Assembly: GCA_035390665.1 (NCBI GenBank)
Contig: DAOOUC010000003.1
Location: 60,001-92,000, forward strand
Length of the DNA: 32,000 bases
DNA from: an archaeon
GTDB lineage: Archaea > Iainarchaeota > Iainarchaeia > Iainarchaeales > CSSED10-239
Direction of reading: 5' to 3'
A program made the translations under genes and the position numbers. Each line of letters begins with the position of its first letter. Positions within the stretch are counted from its first letter, which is position 1. Of this stretch, positions 8,921-18,087 are shown piece by piece. The notes beneath the pieces are model-generated. The model had not been told where the DNA came from, searched no databases, and worked only from the letters and a program-made list of their open reading frames with translations.

Positions 8921-9949
8921 ATGTTTGCTATAAAAATTGAAAAAAGTAAGGCACAAGAGATTATTGCTAAGCTTAAAGAAGAAAAAAATATAGATAACAA
9001 TTATAAGATTAAAAGAGATGAATCTTCTGTAATTCTGCCTGTATTAAAGATTACTCCAGACATTAAAATATTTGAGACACAAGAAGAAAAACTTGAAATC
9101 CAAAAACAAGTAAAAAAAGGATATAAAGATATATTACTTGAGAAAGGATTAGATAAAGACATAGTTTCTAAAATAAATAGTGCTTATGATATTGTTGGAG
9201 ATATAATTGTTATTGGTATAGATAAAGAATATACTTCTTATTATCCTGAAATTGGAGAAGCACTCTTAGAATTGCATCCTAATATTAAAACCGTTCTTAA
9301 TAAAATTGGAGAACATAAAGGCATATATAGAACACAAGATATGGAACTTGTGTTTGGAAAAGATACAAGAGAAACTATAATTAAAGAAAATGGTTGTAGA
9401 ATTAAGATTGATGTGGAAAAAGTATTTTGTTCCACAAGGCTTTCAGAAGAAAGAAGAAGAATTGTGGATTTAGTTGAACCCGAAGAAACAATTGGTGTTT
9501 TCTTTGCAGGTGCTGGTCCTTTTGCCCTTGCTATTGCTAAAAATAAAGAAGTTAAAGAAATAATTGCTATTGAACTTAATGATTTAGCAGTTAAATATTT
9601 AATTGAAAATATTAAATTAAATCATACAGAAGAAAAGATAAAACCAATCTTAGGCAATGTAAAGATTGAGGCTAAAAAATATCCTAATTATTTTGATAGA
9701 GTAATAATGCCACTTCCTAAATCTGCAGAATTATTTTTAGATTCGGCTATTTTTTCTTGTAAATCTGGAGGATATATCCATCTTTATAAATTTGTAAGTA
9801 AAGATGATCCATATACAGAAACAGAAAAAGAAATTGAAGAGATTGCAAAAACAAATAGAGTTAATCTAGAAATAGTAGGAAAAAGAATAATTAGAAGTTA
9901 TTCTCCTTCTATTGTTCAAATTGTTGTTGATTTAAGAGTTAGAAAATAA
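8921..9949 (+). CDS. trm5: tRNA (guanine-37-N1)-methyltransferase, Trm5 family
   Basis: 'EGIGEHKGIYRTQDMELVFG'-type region (NKIGEHKGIYRTQDMELVFG), 'VEPEETIGVFFAGAGPFALAIAKN', 'DRVIMPLPKSAELFLDSAIFSCKSGGYIHLYKF' are Trm5/Met-10+ motifs. Confidence 0.9.
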   Translation: MFAIKIEKSKAQEIIAKLKEEKNIDNNYKIKRDESSVILPVLKITPDIKIFETQEEKLEIQKQVKKGYKDILLEKGLDKDIVSKINSAYDIVGDIIVIGIDKEYTSYYPEIGEALLELHPNIKTVLNKIGEHKGIYRTQDMELVFGKDTRETIIKENGCRIKIDVEKVFCSTRLSEERRRIVDLVEPEETIGVFFAGAGPFALAIAKNKEVKEIIAIELNDLAVKYLIENIKLNHTEEKIKPILGNVKIEAKKYPNYFDRVIMPLPKSAELFLDSAIFSCKSGGYIHLYKFVSKDDPYTETEKEIEEIAKTNRVNLEIVGKRIIRSYSPSIVQIVVDLRVRK

Positions 9950-9953
9950 AAAA

Positions 9954-11603
9954 TCATTCAGGCAAAGGATCTTGAGTATTATTTCTTAGATAAGGATATG
10001 TTATTCCTTCTTCTATTCCCCAGATATCTGTAAAATTCCAATCAGTAAACGTATCTTGTGTTTTCATTTCTGTGGTTGTTTTTGGAACTCCTCTCCCATC
10101 ATTATCTGATTGCCCAGAAGTATTTGTATCATATATAATATAATATATTCGAGAAATATCTCCGCCGCCCAATAAGCCCCCATAATTTTCATTACCGATA
10201 ACTGATCCTGCAGAATAAGAACTAAAAATAATTCCTTCAGGTAATCGTATAGGAGGAGGTGTTAACTCCCCATTATACCCCACAAGTCCACCTACATAAT
10301 TATTACCACTAACATTACAAAAGGAATAAGAATCAGTTATTCCCCCCCTATTATATCCAACTAACCCACCAATATCATTTCCTTCAGAACTAACAATTTC
10401 ACCAATAGAATAACTATTGATAATATCCCCCCTCTTATATCCAACTATCCCACCAACATCGCTCTCTGAACTAATTATTTTAATATTAGAATAACTATTT
10501 TCTATATTTCCATAACCTAATCCAACTAATCCACCACAATCACTTCCACAATAAATATTCCCATTAAAACTACTGGAATTTATATCTCCACCATCTGAAT
10601 TAAATCCCGCTCTATTATTTATTCCTATTAATCCTCCAATAGCAGAATTACCTGATATAGTTCCAGAAGAATGTACATTAGAAAGTATTGAAAACCACAT
10701 AAAGTTTCCAACAATACTACCTACATTATTTGACCCTATAATATTTACATCAGTCAAAATTAAATTTTTTATTTCAATCATTTTACTTTCTGTATATTTA
10801 ATATATCCAAATAAACCAATATTATCGTTCTCTGGTAAATTAATATATAAATTACTTATTGTGTAATTATTTCCATTAAAACTTCCTTCAAAACCACTAT
10901 CATCAGAACCTATTGGTTCAAAGCCCTCTCCTTCATTGTATGGACTAACACCAAGATCTAGGTTTTTTCCAAGTTTATAGTGCTTGCCAAGCCCATTTCT
11001 AACATTATTAAGATCATCAACACTACAGATTACAAATGGATCTTCTTCAATTTTTCCACTTCCATTATCTGTTATTCCTAAACAAACAGGATCTGGTATT
11101 TCTGTATTATTAAAACAAGAATTGGATTGATAATTACTATTGTTAATTGGAACAGTAATATATTTCCCATCACTAGTTATTAAATTTACTTTAAAAGATT
11201 CATCTGGATTACAAATAATTGGAACAGAAACCATTGATCCAGAATTTAAATTGACGGGGTCATCTAAAGTTATTGGCTTATTTAATATTTCGCTATCTTG
11301 TGGTGCAACAATTTCATATTTTGTAATTATTACATCTTTATCGGATAGATTTTTTACAATATAGCTTTCTGGTTGAGGATTACTAGTATATATATACCCT
11401 GTTAATGTTGGATCTTCTTTATAAATTTCTTGAGATTTATCTAATGAATTACTAGTGGTTATTAATCCCCAAGAAAGAATAGAACCTACAATTATAACTG
11501 CAATTACAAGTAAAAGAATTACAGAAATGATTGGAGAAAACGATTTCTTATTTAAATCTCTCAAATCTTTTATTCGTTTAGATTTAAATTTATGTTTTCT
11601 CAA
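9954..11603 (-). CDS. Archaeal pilin-like N-terminus fused to GLUG repeats; putative surface adhesin/filament protein
   Basis: N-terminus 'NKKSFSPIISVILLLVIAVIIVGSILSWG' resembles the archaeal type IV pilin N-terminal domain; C-terminal half has repeated 'GGIVGY..GDIINSYS', 'GGLVGYNRGGITDSYS', 'GGLVGYNG' GLUG-like units ending 'IWGIEEGITYPYLRNN'. Confidence 0.85.
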   Translation of the reverse strand: MRKHKFKSKRIKDLRDLNKKSFSPIISVILLLVIAVIIVGSILSWGLITTSNSLDKSQEIYKEDPTLTGYIYTSNPQPESYIVKNLSDKDVIITKYEIVAPQDSEILNKPITLDDPVNLNSGSMVSVPIICNPDESFKVNLITSDGKYITVPINNSNYQSNSCFNNTEIPDPVCLGITDNGSGKIEEDPFVICSVDDLNNVRNGLGKHYKLGKNLDLGVSPYNEGEGFEPIGSDDSGFEGSFNGNNYTISNLYINLPENDNIGLFGYIKYTESKMIEIKNLILTDVNIIGSNNVGSIVGNFMWFSILSNVHSSGTISGNSAIGGLIGINNRAGFNSDGGDINSSSFNGNIYCGSDCGGLVGLGYGNIENSYSNIKIISSESDVGGIVGYKRGDIINSYSIGEIVSSEGNDIGGLVGYNRGGITDSYSFCNVSGNNYVGGLVGYNGELTPPPIRLPEGIIFSSYSAGSVIGNENYGGLLGGGDISRIYYIIYDTNTSGQSDNDGRGVPKTTTEMKTQDTFTDWNFTDIWGIEEGITYPYLRNNTQDPLPE

Positions 11604-11609
11604 ATAATT

Positions 11610-13829
11610 TCACTTCCCTACTTTTTTTTTAAGATCTTTCTTTGGCTTTTCTATTTTTGGTTTTATTTCATTATTCTTTTTTTGTTCTGAAATTACGATG
11701 TTTTCTTTTGTGTGTCTTCTATACTCTTTTTCTTCTATTTCTCTTAATTCTTTTAAATAACTTTTTTTCATGTCTTCATATGTAAATTTACTAATTTGCC
11801 CGTTTGTTAATTTATGTTCTAGTTCTAATATATTTCTTTGTATTTTAGATTTCTTGTTGTTGTGTTTTTCTAATTCTATAACAATTGAAATTATCATTAA
11901 GAATAATCCCCCAATAATTACATACATTATCGTATTGTTCTTAGAAGAATCTTCCTTTTTATAAACAATTACATTTTGTTTATCTTCTACTTTTGAGATA
12001 ATTTCATCAGAATCATTTATATCTATGATTATTTGATTATTGCCTTCTGGAACAACTACATCAATTATTCCTGCATCATTATAATACGAATGTACAATTG
12101 ATTCAATAATATACAATTCTTTAGAAATATTAACAATAGAATTTGCTGTTTTTATGTTTGTCTCTGCTTTTGTTGTATTTTTTGATTTATAGAATTGATA
12201 TTGCTTATAGTGATACAAGGAATGATCAAAAAACATTTTTGACCAAACGTTTGTATTTAATTTGATTTCTTGTGGTGATCTTAATTCAGATAATTTGTTG
12301 TATTTATCTAAGAATACATTCTCATCGAACGACTCTTTAGAATTTTCTTTTCTAGAGATTAATACTGCTTTTGCAGATGCTGAATCATATAAAGAAGTAA
12401 CATACCATCCCATTTCAAAATCTTTTTTTGCAGCAGTAATTCTTCTTTGAATATCTTCGTCTGATAATGCCTCTTCATCAGATAATACTAATTCATTTTC
12501 TACATCAACAATATACTTTTGGGCTAAATCCTTAAATTGTTCACTTTCTACAAAATTTGGACCATTATTTGTTATTCCAATATCTAAGAAATCATTAGCA
12601 ATTTCAATCCATGCTAATGCATAACTATAATTCATTATCTTATCTATTCCTGTACTGGAGGTATATTTATTTGATTTTATATCTGCAATTTTATTTTTTG
12701 CCCAAACAATTCTTTGTTTAGCTCCAATACACCATTCTAATTTATCTAAAGAACAAAGCTTAGATCTATTCTCAGTTAATGCAATTTTTTTCTCTATTTC
12801 TTCTATTCTTAAATTATAAATTGTAGAATCTGTAGATATAATGGATGGATTTTTTACAATTTCATCTATTGTTATTAAATAGATTTTTGCTAAAAATGCA
12901 TCATTTGCAGAAGTGTATAGGTAATTATTTTTAGAATTTTCTTCTGCAGACACAATTGCTTCTTTAGAATAATCAACTAATGATAAAAGTCCTTGAACAA
13001 TAGAACTATCTTTAATTGTACTTGAGTTAATATTATTTTCTGTTCTTAATAAAATACTTTTTGCATCTATTACATATTTATCAACTACTGCTCTCATAGG
13101 CACTAATGCCTCAGAATATTGTATTTTTTCTGGATAATATTCTGCTTCTTTTTTTTCTACTATGCTATTAATATCTATTTCATCTATATTCATTTTTGAA
13201 TATTCTAAAATATCGTCAATTGTCTCAACTTCAACTACTTTAAGTCCCCAATTAGAATAAGCATAATCAACAATGTCAACGACTTGTGATTGTCCAGATT
13301 CAGTTGTAATTGCTTGTTTTCTTGTGCCTATTGGAATCATAAATAATTTAATTCCAACATCTGCTGCTTTTTTTGCTTTTGCTGAAATTCCCCCAACATC
13401 TCCAACATACCCGTCAGAAGTAATTGTTCCGGTAATACTAACTTTGCCTGATAAATCAGTATCATTTAACATAGAAACAATAAGTAAAGCCATTGCAGCT
13501 CCTGCAGAAGGCCCATCAATACTACTTGCATTTGATTGAATTTCAAAAAAATAATCATATTTACCTTTAGCTTGTGATGTTATTTTTTCTGCAGCATTAA
13601 CTGCATTTCTTTCTGATTCTTGTGTTAAAGAACCAACTTGAGAATTAACATTAGAAAAAATCTTTCCTGTTCCTGGTTTTATTTCAATAATAAGATTAGC
13701 ATCCATTCCAATATTAGAAGAAGTTACAGCAAAAATTTTCATTTCTTCTTTAGGGATATATGCAAATATATTTGCAGATATAAGAAGTATAAACATTAAT
13801 ATTAATAATCTTTTATTCATTTTTTTCAC
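11610..13829 (-). CDS. Membrane-associated Lon-like (S16) protease without the AAA+ domain, with a long helical C-terminal region and C-terminal TM
   Basis: Signal-like N-terminus 'LLILMFILLISANIFAYIP'; catalytic Ser motif 'SSIDGPSAGAAMALL', catalytic Lys region 'GDVGGISAKAKKAADVGIK'; TM 'TIMYVIIGGLFLMIISIVIEL'. No Walker motifs seen. Confidence 0.9.
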   Translation of the reverse strand: MKKMNKRLLILMFILLISANIFAYIPKEEMKIFAVTSSNIGMDANLIIEIKPGTGKIFSNVNSQVGSLTQESERNAVNAAEKITSQAKGKYDYFFEIQSNASSIDGPSAGAAMALLIVSMLNDTDLSGKVSITGTITSDGYVGDVGGISAKAKKAADVGIKLFMIPIGTRKQAITTESGQSQVVDIVDYAYSNWGLKVVEVETIDDILEYSKMNIDEIDINSIVEKKEAEYYPEKIQYSEALVPMRAVVDKYVIDAKSILLRTENNINSSTIKDSSIVQGLLSLVDYSKEAIVSAEENSKNNYLYTSANDAFLAKIYLITIDEIVKNPSIISTDSTIYNLRIEEIEKKIALTENRSKLCSLDKLEWCIGAKQRIVWAKNKIADIKSNKYTSSTGIDKIMNYSYALAWIEIANDFLDIGITNNGPNFVESEQFKDLAQKYIVDVENELVLSDEEALSDEDIQRRITAAKKDFEMGWYVTSLYDSASAKAVLISRKENSKESFDENVFLDKYNKLSELRSPQEIKLNTNVWSKMFFDHSLYHYKQYQFYKSKNTTKAETNIKTANSIVNISKELYIIESIVHSYYNDAGIIDVVVPEGNNQIIIDINDSDEIISKVEDKQNVIVYKKEDSSKNNTIMYVIIGGLFLMIISIVIELEKHNNKKSKIQRNILELEHKLTNGQISKFTYEDMKKSYLKELREIEEKEYRRHTKENIVISEQKKNNEIKPKIEKPKKDLKKKVGK

Positions 13830-14322
13830 TCACTATTTTTTTTTGTTCAAAACTTGGTTTTGCTTTCTTATTATATAACACTTCAAATTTCTTTGTGGTT
13901 TCTAAAATATTTCTTCTTCCTTTTTTTGTAACCTGTATTAAACCTAATTCTTTTAAAGTTGGAAGATGATCATTTGGTCTTCTTTTTGTAATCTTATATT
14001 GCTCAACAGGACTGTTTAGAGCAATTAATGCTAAAGTCTTTAGTTCTGATTTTGTCAATTGTTTACCAACAGCAAACAAACTATATTTTGCATATTCTGG
14101 TTTAAGTAACATCTCTACATTATCATTTTCTTGAACAATTCTTACTGCTGAGTTTCTATTTTCATATTCTATTATTAAATCTGAAAGAATAATCTTTATT
14201 ACTTCCTTATCTGCTTCTGGAAAAGACTTTTCTATTTTTTTTATAGGAACTGATCTTGGGCTCATAAATAATATTGCTTCAATTGAATTTTTTATCTCTG
14301 ACATGTCTTTTTGTTTTTCCAT
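13813..14322 (-). CDS. scpB: Segregation and condensation protein B (ScpB)
   Basis: 'IKNSIEAILFMSPRSVPIKKI...LTKSELKTLALIALNSPVEQYKITKRRPNDHLPTLKELGLIQVTKKGRRNILETTKKFEVLY', ScpB winged-helix pattern; adjacent to scpA. Confidence 0.9.
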   Translation of the reverse strand: MEKQKDMSEIKNSIEAILFMSPRSVPIKKIEKSFPEADKEVIKIILSDLIIEYENRNSAVRIVQENDNVEMLLKPEYAKYSLFAVGKQLTKSELKTLALIALNSPVEQYKITKRRPNDHLPTLKELGLIQVTKKGRRNILETTKKFEVLYNKKAKPSFEQKKIVSEKNE

Positions 14323-14333
14323 AATTGTTCACA

Positions 14334-15008
14334 TTATAAAACTTTAATAAATATTTCTGAGAAGAATTCTTCTTGCCAAGCATCTACCTTCTTATCTTGA
14401 ACAAGAAACAAAAGAGGGATAAAGTAATTTTCTACAATCAAATAAGAATCTTTTTCTTTTTTTGTAAATTTAGAGAATAAAACCATATTATAATTGTCTG
14501 CGTTTTGTTTTATTTCTTCAAATAAACTTTCGCTTCTTTTTGAAAAATCAACTGTTTTTTTTGGAAGAATAAATTCTAGTTCTTTCTTTTCTTTAATTCT
14601 CTTTTCTAAACTTTTTTTATTAGTTGATGTGTTCATCATAACATCAATAACATCAATTAGTTCATCAAGGCTTACTTGTCCTTCTTTTAATCTCATAGGT
14701 GTATTTAAATCTATAGAATTACTTAAAACATAATTATCGTCACTTACAAGCTTTAGTTCTTCTTCATTATTTTCTGTATTTGATAACTTTAGAGAATAAG
14801 CTTTTAATTTAAGAAGAATTGCTGCAGCTAAAAGAGCATTTGCAGGAATTAAAAGATTGCTTTCTTTTAATGTTCTTATTTTTTCTAAATAAAGATCTGT
14901 AAGATTAATTAGATTAACATTCCAAATATCAATTTCATTTGATTTTACTAAATCATAAAGAATTATCTTCCAATTTGGTTGGTCAATAATATTAACTAGC
15001 TGATCCAT
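14334..15008 (-). CDS. scpA: Segregation and condensation protein A (ScpA)
   Basis: 'LYDLVKSNEIDIWNVNLINLTDLYLEKI' N-terminal kleisin pattern and 'NALLAAAILLKLKAYSL'; adjacent to scpB. Confidence 0.9.
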   Translation of the reverse strand: MDQLVNIIDQPNWKIILYDLVKSNEIDIWNVNLINLTDLYLEKIRTLKESNLLIPANALLAAAILLKLKAYSLKLSNTENNEEELKLVSDDNYVLSNSIDLNTPMRLKEGQVSLDELIDVIDVMMNTSTNKKSLEKRIKEKKELEFILPKKTVDFSKRSESLFEEIKQNADNYNMVLFSKFTKKEKDSYLIVENYFIPLLFLVQDKKVDAWQEEFFSEIFIKVL

Positions 15009-15114
15009 AATTTATCATAAGTACAAGTATAGTGTATTTTAAATATTAAAGAACAATACATATTTAAATATAATGACTATATTATATTTAATTATTATAA
15101 ATTGGTGAATAAAA

Positions 15115-15825
15115 ATGAAGCGAGTACCTACTGGAGTTACAGGATTTGATGAGTTAATACAAGGAGGAATACCTGAAGGAGCAACTATTCTAACATCTGG
15201 CGGTTGTGGTTCAGGAAAAACTATTTTTGCAACAACTTTTGTTTATGAAGGGGCAAGAAAATTTGCAGAACCAGGTCTTTATGTTACTGTTGAAGACAAT
15301 CTGAAAAACATTGTTTGGAACATGGAAAACTTTGGTTGGGATATTAAATCTTTAGAACAGAAAGGACTTATGAAGATTTATAGAATGCATGTTGATCCTA
15401 GAAAAGATGTTGAAGCACAAATTGATAAAGAATTAGATATTATTTCTTCTATGGTTAAAGACATTGGTGCAACAAGACTTACTGTTGATTCAACAACTGC
15501 TTTTGGTGGTTGGATAACTGATCCAGGGAAATTAAGAAATCTTTTGTTTAGATTTAGTGATTATCTTAAAGATCTTAACTGTACAACAATGATGACTGCT
15601 GAAACTAATGGCGGACCAAGAGACTTTTCTGCTTATGGTGTTGAAGAATTTGTTGTTGATGGTGTTTTTGCAATGTACTTTATACCACCACACAGATCTA
15701 TATTTATTAGAAAACTAAGAGGAACTAAGCACTCTCCAGCAGTACATCCTTGTGAGATTACACAATCAGGACTTGTTGTTAATCCAAGAGATGAAATCAT
15801 GTGGAGTGCAATTAAGCAATACTAG
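15115..15825 (+). CDS. Single-domain KaiC-like RecA-superfamily ATPase
   Basis: 'VPTGVTGFDELIQGGIPEGATILTSGGCGSGKTIFATTFVYEGARKFAEPGLYVTVED', Walker A GGCGSGKT, typical of archaeal KaiC-like proteins. Confidence 0.93.
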   Translation: MKRVPTGVTGFDELIQGGIPEGATILTSGGCGSGKTIFATTFVYEGARKFAEPGLYVTVEDNLKNIVWNMENFGWDIKSLEQKGLMKIYRMHVDPRKDVEAQIDKELDIISSMVKDIGATRLTVDSTTAFGGWITDPGKLRNLLFRFSDYLKDLNCTTMMTAETNGGPRDFSAYGVEEFVVDGVFAMYFIPPHRSIFIRKLRGTKHSPAVHPCEITQSGLVVNPRDEIMWSAIKQY

Positions 15826-15972
15826 TATTGCTTATTTCTTTTTCTAAAAATTTAAGAGAATTATGCCTGCTATATTCACAAAAAAAATATATCCAAAAAT
15901 TGATCCATTTAATAATAAAATTACAAAAAACATTGAAAAATTAAATTACACAAAATTTTAAAAAAAAATTGA

Positions 15973-16338
15973 CCCATTAATAATAAGGTAGATGAGGAAT
16001 TAATTAGAAGAGTTAAAGAACATCTAAGAAGCAAACAAGAAAGACAAGAACAAGAAAAAAGACGACAACAAGAAAGAAAAAAGGCAGAAGAACAACGAGA
16101 AAGAATAAGAAGAGAAAGAGAACAGAATAAACCAAAACAAAAAAACTATTATCTGCTTTTGGGTATTGAGCCTACCGCAACACCAGAAGAAATAAGAAGA
16201 GCATATAAAATTCTTGCATTAGAATTTCATCCAGACAAGGGTGGTTCTGCAGATAAAATGGTCCAATTAAATTTAATTAAAGAAATATTGTTAGATCCAT
16301 CCAAAAGAAGAGAATATGACCGGTCTATTGGATTATAA
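15973..16338 (+). CDS. J-domain (DnaJ-like) protein with charged coiled-coil N-terminus; no canonical start codon in frame (possible 5' frameshift)
   Basis: Manual translation: '...VDEELIRRVKEHLRSKQERQEQEKRRQQERKKAEEQRERIRREREQNKPKQKNYYLLLGIEPTATPEEIRRAYKILALEFHPDKGGSADKMVQLNLIKEILLDPSKRREYDRSIGL*'. HPD motif present. Absent from the ORF track. Confidence 0.8.
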   Translation, partial: PINNKVDEELIRRVKEHLRSKQERQEQEKRRQQERKKAEEQRERIRREREQNKPKQKNYYLLLGIEPTATPEEIRRAYKILALEFHPDKGGSADKMVQLNLIKEILLDPSKRREYDRSIGL

Positions 16339-18075
16339 TCATTTTCCTTGCATGAAAAATAATTTTTCTAGTTCTTGTTGAGTTGTCGTGTCTTGTGAGC
16401 TCTTGTCTACTCTAATTGTTACAAGTCTTGGAAACCTTAGAGCTAAACCTTGATTTGTTTCTGGATCGAAACTACAAGTATGTATTGGACTTTTTGTTAT
16501 TTCGTCATAGTTTATTTCTATAACTATTTCTGGATTAACATAAAAGTCTGGTTCAATATTTGAAACAAGATTATTTGGTTTTGTTTCAAGTTTTGTGGCT
16601 TCTAGTTTCTCTGAAAGTTCAATAAGTGTTTGGTCTGTTAAACCTGTTCCGATTTTTGCAAGAGTAAAATATCTGTCTTCTTCTTTATCATAAAGAGCAA
16701 CAAGAAGAGCACCAATGCCTTTATCTGTTCTTTTTCCTTGACCATAGAATGCACCAACAATTACTGCATCTATTGTGTCTAATGTTTCATTTCCTTTGTA
16801 AGATTTTTTAAACTTAATCCAAGAATAACCACGAGATCCTGCTTTATATGGGGCATCAAGAGATTTTGCAATTATCCCTTCAAATCCTTCTTTTAAAGCA
16901 TTATTAAAAAAATCTTCAAGTTCAGTAATATTTTCTGTAATTAAGATTTCTGTTGGAGATACCACTGGTGGATTTGAGAAATACTTTTCTACAATTTTTC
17001 TTCTTTCTATAAATGGAAGAGAATACATTTCTTTTCCATCTAAATATAAACAATCAAAAACCTTTAGATGTAAAGGAAGCTCTTTTGATTTTTCGCTTAT
17101 ATCATATTTTCTTTTTCTTGTTATTGTTATCTGAAAGGTATGGTATTTTTTGTTTTCGGTGTCATATGCAATTGATTCACAATCAATAATAAAGTCGTGT
17201 GGAATTTTTTTAACAGATTCAACAATGTCTGGAAACATCTTTGTTATGTCTTCTTCTTGACGAGAAAATATTTTTACTTCATTTCCAAGTTTATGAATCT
17301 GTTGCCTAAAACCATCAATCTTTGTGTCTACTGCCATTTTCCCAAGTCTTTCTTTAATCTCATTTAAATTTTCTGCTCTCTCGCAAAGTTGAGATTTAAT
17401 TGGAGTAAAGGGAGTAATTTTTAATTCTTCAACCTCTTCAATTCCTTTTTCTTTAATAATATTTGCAATTAAGCCAAGATCAGAAATTAATTGATATTTT
17501 TCTGTAATTGTTTCTTTTGCTTTCTTTGTATCCTCTGATTGTGCTAAAGAAGCTAAAGCATCAATAATTGTAGAATCTCCAAAACCTAATCTAAAAGAAA
17601 TTGGAAACCTTGAAAGGTATTTTGCAGAAACAGAATTGGAATTAAACAGAATGTATTTGAATAATTGTTGCTTTTTTTCTGTTGAACCAGTGCCTGTGGT
17701 CTCAGAAATCTTTTGAAAAGTTTCGAAAACTTCTTTAAAATCTAATTCTTTAGAAAAAAGAGTTGCCTGCTTTCTCTTAGAATGATGTTTCTCAATAACT
17801 AAACCAATATCACCTAAAGAAAAAAACTCTTTTTTTGTTTCTTCTTCAGGAATTGAAAGGTATTCTGAAACTAATGAAATCAATTGACTTTGACCAATGT
17901 TTAATTCTTTAGTTTTGTGCTTTGGACCAAGAGTGCCTTGACAAAAATAGATTAAATTTTGAATTTCTTCTTCTTCAATTTCTAAAAAAAGATCTTTTAA
18001 GATTTCAGTCATTTCTAAGCGACTAGAAGTTTTATCTAGTTTTTCAAAATATTCTGAAATCTTATTAAATTTCAC
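16339..18075 (-). CDS. lig: ATP-dependent DNA ligase (LigI-like)
   Basis: Adenylation motif 'DTKIDGFRQQIHK', 'FIIDCESIAYDTE', 'EGFEGIIAKSLDAPYKAGSRGYSWIKFKKSY', 'DTIDAVIVGAFYGQGKRTDKGIGALLVALYD', C-terminal 'LALRFPRLVTIRVDK'. Confidence 0.95.
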   Translation of the reverse strand: MKFNKISEYFEKLDKTSSRLEMTEILKDLFLEIEEEEIQNLIYFCQGTLGPKHKTKELNIGQSQLISLVSEYLSIPEEETKKEFFSLGDIGLVIEKHHSKRKQATLFSKELDFKEVFETFQKISETTGTGSTEKKQQLFKYILFNSNSVSAKYLSRFPISFRLGFGDSTIIDALASLAQSEDTKKAKETITEKYQLISDLGLIANIIKEKGIEEVEELKITPFTPIKSQLCERAENLNEIKERLGKMAVDTKIDGFRQQIHKLGNEVKIFSRQEEDITKMFPDIVESVKKIPHDFIIDCESIAYDTENKKYHTFQITITRKRKYDISEKSKELPLHLKVFDCLYLDGKEMYSLPFIERRKIVEKYFSNPPVVSPTEILITENITELEDFFNNALKEGFEGIIAKSLDAPYKAGSRGYSWIKFKKSYKGNETLDTIDAVIVGAFYGQGKRTDKGIGALLVALYDKEEDRYFTLAKIGTGLTDQTLIELSEKLEATKLETKPNNLVSNIEPDFYVNPEIVIEINYDEITKSPIHTCSFDPETNQGLALRFPRLVTIRVDKSSQDTTTQQELEKLFFMQGK

Positions 18076-18087
18076 AAAACCACTTTT

